Assembly (NCBI GenBank): GCA_001793095.1
Contig: MGHG01000005.1
Location: 6,569 to 70,568 of the forward strand
DNA length: 64,000 bases
Source of the DNA: Candidatus Woesebacteria bacterium RIFCSPLOWO2_01_FULL_39_23
Lineage (GTDB): Bacteria > Patescibacteriota > Microgenomatia > UBA8517
Reading direction: 5' to 3'
The translations under genes and the position numbers were made by a program. Position 1 is the stretch's first letter; the number at the start of each line of letters is the position of its first letter. Of the stretch, positions 59,513 through 64,000 are shown one piece after another. The notes under the pieces are model-generated. The model saw only the letters and a program-made list of their open reading frames with translations. It searched no databases and had not been told where the DNA came from.

Positions 59513-60775
59513 ATGGGGCTATTTATTGAAGCACGAGAGCGGGTAGCTTATGATCGTGTACCTGAAATCAAAGAAACAGAAACACAATTTAGGAGATATG
59601 CGGGGGCAACATGGAACGGGATTGAAGAAGCAAGTAGGACAAAGACGGGATTTATAGATGACCAGATAATTCCAACAAATGGTGAGTATTTACTAAGTGG
59701 AGAAACCTCAATTACAAATATGGGCTTAGTTCTACCATGCACTATTGCAGCTTCTGAGTTGGGACTGTTAAAGGAATCTGCAAGCGAAAGTTTGGACAAG
59801 AGCATATCGGAAATAGAACACCTACCCCGAACTAAAAAGAGATTTTTATATACGTGGTATGACACAGAAAATGGCCAAGGACTTAATAATAGCAAAAAAA
59901 GCGGGGATCCCTGGCCTCTCGTGTCAACAGTGGATACGGCGTGGTTATTAGCGGGATTAATGACTGCACGACAAGCATACCCCGAATTTAAGGAGCGTGT
60001 TGATAAAATAATGAGGTCGGTAAATGTCCCGTTTTTGTATGATAAGAAGAAGGGGTTATTTTGGGGTGTATACGATGGAGTGAGGAATAAACCGACCGGT
60101 TTTCACTATGATTTACTAGCTTCTGAGGCGAGAATGATGACTTACATAGCTATGCAAGAATACGGTATTCCCACAGAAGCATATTTTAAATTAGGCAGAG
60201 AAGGTGTAGGAAAAAGCAGGTCAGAAAGTGGCGGAAAACAAAAATTAATGAGCTCGGGCGGCGGCGCCTTGGAAATATTATCTCCAAGACTTCTCGTACC
60301 GGAGGGAGAATGGAGCGAGTTGGGTCTGAATATTCTCCAAAAGAGATTTGTAGACTGTATGGTAAGAGGTAATCCAAAGATGGGATCAGGAGGTTATAAG
60401 TCGCCATGTGAGGAGGGGGGAGTTTACGGGGAACACGGTATAGGAGAATTTAGCCTAAACAACCCCTGTACGGGAGAGACTGAAACGCCGGTTGCGGCCT
60501 TTTTAGGGCTGTCTATACAACCTGAGAAAATACCCAAATTTCTGTCTCGTATTGAGTGGGAGATTCCGGGTGTATATCGTGAAGATTTGGGTTTCGCGGC
60601 CTCCTTCAACCGCAAAAATAGGACTGCTTCCAAGGCCAGACTGGCTGTTGACTCCGAGATGATATTTTTAGCAATAGCAAATCACGTGCTTGACGGGAAA
60701 ATACAGAAATTATTTGCCCCTCAAGTGGAGGCAACCGTTAAACCTTTACTGGCATCGGAGAACTACTGTGAGTGA
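59513..60775 (+). CDS. DUF3131/glycoamylase-like (alpha/alpha)6 glycoside hydrolase (beta-1,2-glucan-active-like)
   Basis: TSITNMGL, FLYTWYD, VSTVDTAWL, HYDLLASEAR. Confidence 0.7.
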   Translation: MGLFIEARERVAYDRVPEIKETETQFRRYAGATWNGIEEASRTKTGFIDDQIIPTNGEYLLSGETSITNMGLVLPCTIAASELGLLKESASESLDKSISEIEHLPRTKKRFLYTWYDTENGQGLNNSKKSGDPWPLVSTVDTAWLLAGLMTARQAYPEFKERVDKIMRSVNVPFLYDKKKGLFWGVYDGVRNKPTGFHYDLLASEARMMTYIAMQEYGIPTEAYFKLGREGVGKSRSESGGKQKLMSSGGGALEILSPRLLVPEGEWSELGLNILQKRFVDCMVRGNPKMGSGGYKSPCEEGGVYGEHGIGEFSLNNPCTGETETPVAAFLGLSIQPEKIPKFLSRIEWEIPGVYREDLGFAASFNRKNRTASKARLAVDSEMIFLAIANHVLDGKIQKLFAPQVEATVKPLLASENYCE

Positions 60776-60884
60776 GATCAGTATTATTCGCAATCCAATC
60801 TCGAAGCTAGTATCCCGGAGGAGTACTTCGGCGAGCTCAATGCGAGCTGAAAAGCTGAAGAGTCCAGCTGCCGGAGTAAAAATT

Positions 60885-61391
60885 TTAAAGCAGAGATAAG
60901 GTAAACCAGGGCAAATCGTAATCGTGAGTAAATTTCAACCCTTGCAGTTCATTTGTATCTATTCCAAGTGCATCTAATATACCAGTAATATCTTTCTTTA
61001 AAACAGAATGTGGAACCAAACAACTATTACTGATTCTATGAGAATAAACTACAATTTTTTTCCACTCAGAATCTCTTGTCCTCTCAAGAAATAGTCTGTA
61101 ACCCCTATCCTTGATTTGAGCGTCAACATAGAGGCCATTACCTTGGTCATCAGGTTCTCCGAACCCAGTATGTAGTAAACCGCTATACCCAAGGCTCCGC
61201 GCCTTTTTCCAAATTTCGGAAGGTGGATAATATCTATCTAAAGTAATTTTACCCAATCTTTTACCTTTACATGCATACACACCTTCGATGCTTATTCCTT
61301 GAAGATCAATGAAATATTCGCTAATGATATTAGAAGCTATAAACGTAAATAGAAAAATGACTACCAATATACGGAAAACTTTCTTGAACAC
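60885..61391 (-). CDS. membrane-anchored hypothetical protein
   Basis: ORF track; N-terminal TM. Confidence 0.55.
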   Translation of the reverse strand: MFKKVFRILVVIFLFTFIASNIISEYFIDLQGISIEGVYACKGKRLGKITLDRYYPPSEIWKKARSLGYSGLLHTGFGEPDDQGNGLYVDAQIKDRGYRLFLERTRDSEWKKIVVYSHRISNSCLVPHSVLKKDITGILDALGIDTNELQGLKFTHDYDLPWFTLSLL

Positions 61392-61485
61392 AATACCTAA
61401 TAATATATTTTGCTTGACTTTGTGTCGACTACTTAGAAATCGGGAGTCTAAGAATCTCAGAATCAGGGAGCACTGACTCTGTAAT

Positions 61486-62088
61486 TTGGAGATTTATTAC
61501 TGTTTGTCTATAATACGCTTCGTGAGACCAGAACTAATATTTCATCGCACAAAAACAACCCTGAACAGATTGGTATCGGGCGAGATTTTTGATCAACGAG
61601 AGCTACATAAACTTGGAGTGCAACATGTGGGTTTAGTTACCCACCCTGAAAATCCAGAAGTGGTGTACGAAAGAATCATTTTAGGAACTTCTATTCCGGA
61701 CACTCAAAGAACAGTTTTTAATAAAACTTTTGAGGGGGATGTAATGCATTTAACTCCAGATCCACGCGGTGTCACGGGGAGTGTGGGATTTATTGATTTT
61801 GTTGAAGTTACAAACCGATACGGAAGTCGAGATCTTCAGAAAAGATATGGTAAAGAGATCCATATAACTTATGCGGGTGTTGAGGTTGGGCAGCGTGGCC
61901 AAATTGCAAATATAAGGCTTTTTGAGGCAATAAAATTAATAGCAAAGAAACGTGGCGTGACTTACATTAGTGCCGAGGTTCACAGTAGTAGATTCCGAGA
62001 ACTTTTCCCAATATTTAAAAGGCTGGGTTTTAAAGAAGGAACAACCCTAAACGATGGCCGTGTCAAAATTTCCTGCGAACTTGTGTAA
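61486..62088 (+). CDS. GNAT-like acetyltransferase domain protein
   Basis: V..GQRGQ...LF......AKKRG...I...V...F.RLGF; start probably GTG 61522. Confidence 0.55.
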   Translation: MEIYYCLSIIRFVRPELIFHRTKTTLNRLVSGEIFDQRELHKLGVQHVGLVTHPENPEVVYERIILGTSIPDTQRTVFNKTFEGDVMHLTPDPRGVTGSVGFIDFVEVTNRYGSRDLQKRYGKEIHITYAGVEVGQRGQIANIRLFEAIKLIAKKRGVTYISAEVHSSRFRELFPIFKRLGFKEGTTLNDGRVKISCELV

Positions 62089-62274
62089 CGGGGGGGGTAA
62101 TTGGATTTTGGTCCAATAGATCCTTAGATCTCACTTTCATTTTGTAGCATCTTGATCCCCTCATATCTCGTTATTATAACTCCAATCTCAATCGGATTAT
62201 TAAATATCTCGATTATTCTTTCTAAAGATTTTATAATATCGTAAGTGCTAGGGAGCTTTTGGCTTTGGAGTTTG

Positions 62275-62583
62275 TTATGAATTCTCTGAAATATCGGTAA
62301 CGGGTTTAGGAAGTGGTCTTTTCTCATTAATCATTAGCTTTTCTATAAATGCTTTTTCAAGGTCAATCCCCTTTAATTCACATAACCGTAATAAATTCCA
62401 AAAAACATCAACTACTTCATGATTTAAATCATCTTTACTTTGCTTTTCTCTAACAGCTTCAAAAACTTCTCCCACCTCTTCTCCAATCCTAAGAAGCACT
62501 TCCGTTTCATCCTTGGGATAAAAACCACGACGTTTTAACTGGTCTACCATTAATCTCTGTAATTCATTTATTGTTTTTGACAT
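62275..62583 (-). CDS. MazG-like nucleotide pyrophosphohydrolase
   Basis: EEVGEV.EA...HEVVDV...L....GIDLE.AF.EK...NE.R. Confidence 0.85.
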   Translation of the reverse strand: MSKTINELQRLMVDQLKRRGFYPKDETEVLLRIGEEVGEVFEAVREKQSKDDLNHEVVDVFWNLLRLCELKGIDLEKAFIEKLMINEKRPLPKPVTDISENS

Positions 62584-62926
62584 TATGTTTAATTGTACCA
62601 CCGGTCAACTCAAGGCGACAATGGATTGTTTCTGCAACTTCTTTATCTCCCCCCACCCAATTCTTAAAACCTCCACTTCAATGGGGCTTTCAAAGACTGA
62701 AATGATTTTGTTTAAGGCTGGTATAAACTCCACCAACTCGGGTTTACAACTCTTCGTCAGTTATTTTGATCTCCCAAAATGTTATTTCTAGATACGCATT
62801 AGAGTAATTTGGGTATAAGAATTCCCCGCCCGCTTCGATATGCGAAGCATTTCGGGCAGGCAGAGCTGGGGAGCTCATTTCTACGGATTTCTTCAGATTT
62901 AGGACTTTTGATATACTGCAAATGAG

Positions 62927-63562
62927 ATGCCCAAAAGCATATATCAACACTACCAACAACTGCTTCAGGAGTATGGTGACCCTGTAAATTATTGGCCTCA
63001 GTGGTGCGCTAAGAGCAAATCCACAGAAGAGCGGGAGAAAGTTATTATTGGGATGGTTTTGGTTCAGAGAACTAGCTGGCACAATGCTGACATTGCCCTA
63101 AAAAATCTTAAAAAAGAAAACCTTCTGTCTATTGATGGAATAGCGAAGCTTAAAAATTTGGACCAGCTTACTCAACTTATTCGTCCGGCGGGTTTTTATC
63201 AATCTAAACCTCAGCGCCTTTTTGATATTTGTACCTTTGTTGTCAATCAAGGTGGAATAAAAGGACTCATGAAAAAGGATGTCAAAGATATTCGCCAATG
63301 GCTTCTTAACATTAAAGGTGTGGGTCAGGAAACTGCCGATACAATCCTTTTATATGCATTAGACAAGCCTGTTTTTATTATTGATGAATATACCCGCCGT
63401 TGGGTTGAGAAAGAAGGTTTAATTAAAGAGAAAGACTATTCTAAACTGCAGCAATTTTTCCACATAAATTTAAAGTCAAATCTAAATAACTATCAGAATT
63501 TCCACACCCTTATAATTGTGAGCCAACGAGGTAGGGAAAAGTCAGTAATGGAAGTTGTATAA
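62927..63562 (+). CDS. HhH-GPD / endonuclease III-related DNA glycosylase
   Basis: LVQRTSW.N, IRPAGFY..K, IKGVGQETAD.ILLYA, IDEY. Confidence 0.88.
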   Translation: MPKSIYQHYQQLLQEYGDPVNYWPQWCAKSKSTEEREKVIIGMVLVQRTSWHNADIALKNLKKENLLSIDGIAKLKNLDQLTQLIRPAGFYQSKPQRLFDICTFVVNQGGIKGLMKKDVKDIRQWLLNIKGVGQETADTILLYALDKPVFIIDEYTRRWVEKEGLIKEKDYSKLQQFFHINLKSNLNNYQNFHTLIIVSQRGREKSVMEVV

Positions 63563-63794
63563 TCAGTTCATGAGGTGTCCTAAATGTGATACAGAAATGG
63601 TTTTGAAGAAGAAAGATAACAGTTTTAATTTTGATGTAAAACCAAAGAAAAAGTACGAAAGAAGTATGTATTGGTGCGAGAAAGATGATATTTGGATCAG
63701 TATTGAAACTCCTGTAGGGGAAAATAGATAGAAAATCTTCTTGAAAGAAAGGCCACATGTTTACTTTTCAAAAAATCAGTAATACAATCCGGGT

Positions 63795-63992
63795 ATGACG
63801 ATTGAAAAACTAAAAAACAAATTTCCCTGGAATGTCATCGTCAAGATAGAAGAATTTATTAACGGTGGTTATCCTGTCGAAATAACCAGAGAGCCAATAT
63901 GGGAATCTTATGTAAAAGAGGATGGGACCAAGGGTTTCCGTCCTACAAAAGGAACCAGAATTAAATATAATAGTCCGGGTTCAGATATGTAG
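63795..63992 (+). CDS. hypothetical protein
   Basis: ORF track; TACAAT shortly upstream. Confidence 0.4.
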   Translation: MTIEKLKNKFPWNVIVKIEEFINGGYPVEITREPIWESYVKEDGTKGFRPTKGTRIKYNSPGSDM

Positions 63993-64000
63993 CAAGCTCT

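Overview
A 64 kb chromosomal segment of a small-genome bacterium. Gene content and style (standard code 11, archaeal-type TpiA, split transketolase, VirD4-like ATPase, many pilin-like 'KGF' membrane proteins, short orphan ORFs) suggest Patescibacteria/CPR, probably Microgenomates; this is inference, not a database result. Housekeeping blocks are ftsH, trpS, ftsB, a Xer-like recombinase, nrdR with two tandem class II ribonucleotide reductases and pduO, two PBP1A genes, and a glycolysis/pentose-phosphate cluster (fba, tkt, rpe, gap, pgk, rpiB, tpiA). The non-protein layer is the most unusual part. Two tRNA genes carry group I introns (fMet-like at 33/34, Asn at 35/36), and the Asn intron appears to have an A:U pair at the normally invariant G:C guanosine-binding position. 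Two paralogous HTH + LAGLIDADG-like ORFs each end 3-20 nt upstream of an interrupted tRNA gene. Two intact tRNAs (Met-CAT and a rare Ile-TAT) sit just after the anticodon of broken tRNA relics. A Trp T-box precedes an ATP-grasp-like and a deacylase-like gene ahead of trpS. Short palindromic repeats are inserted in frame in enzymes, and there is a MITE with a target-site duplication, inverted arrays of 7-9-mer repeats, and a mosaic array of variable surface proteins. No CRISPR array or rRNA gene was seen.
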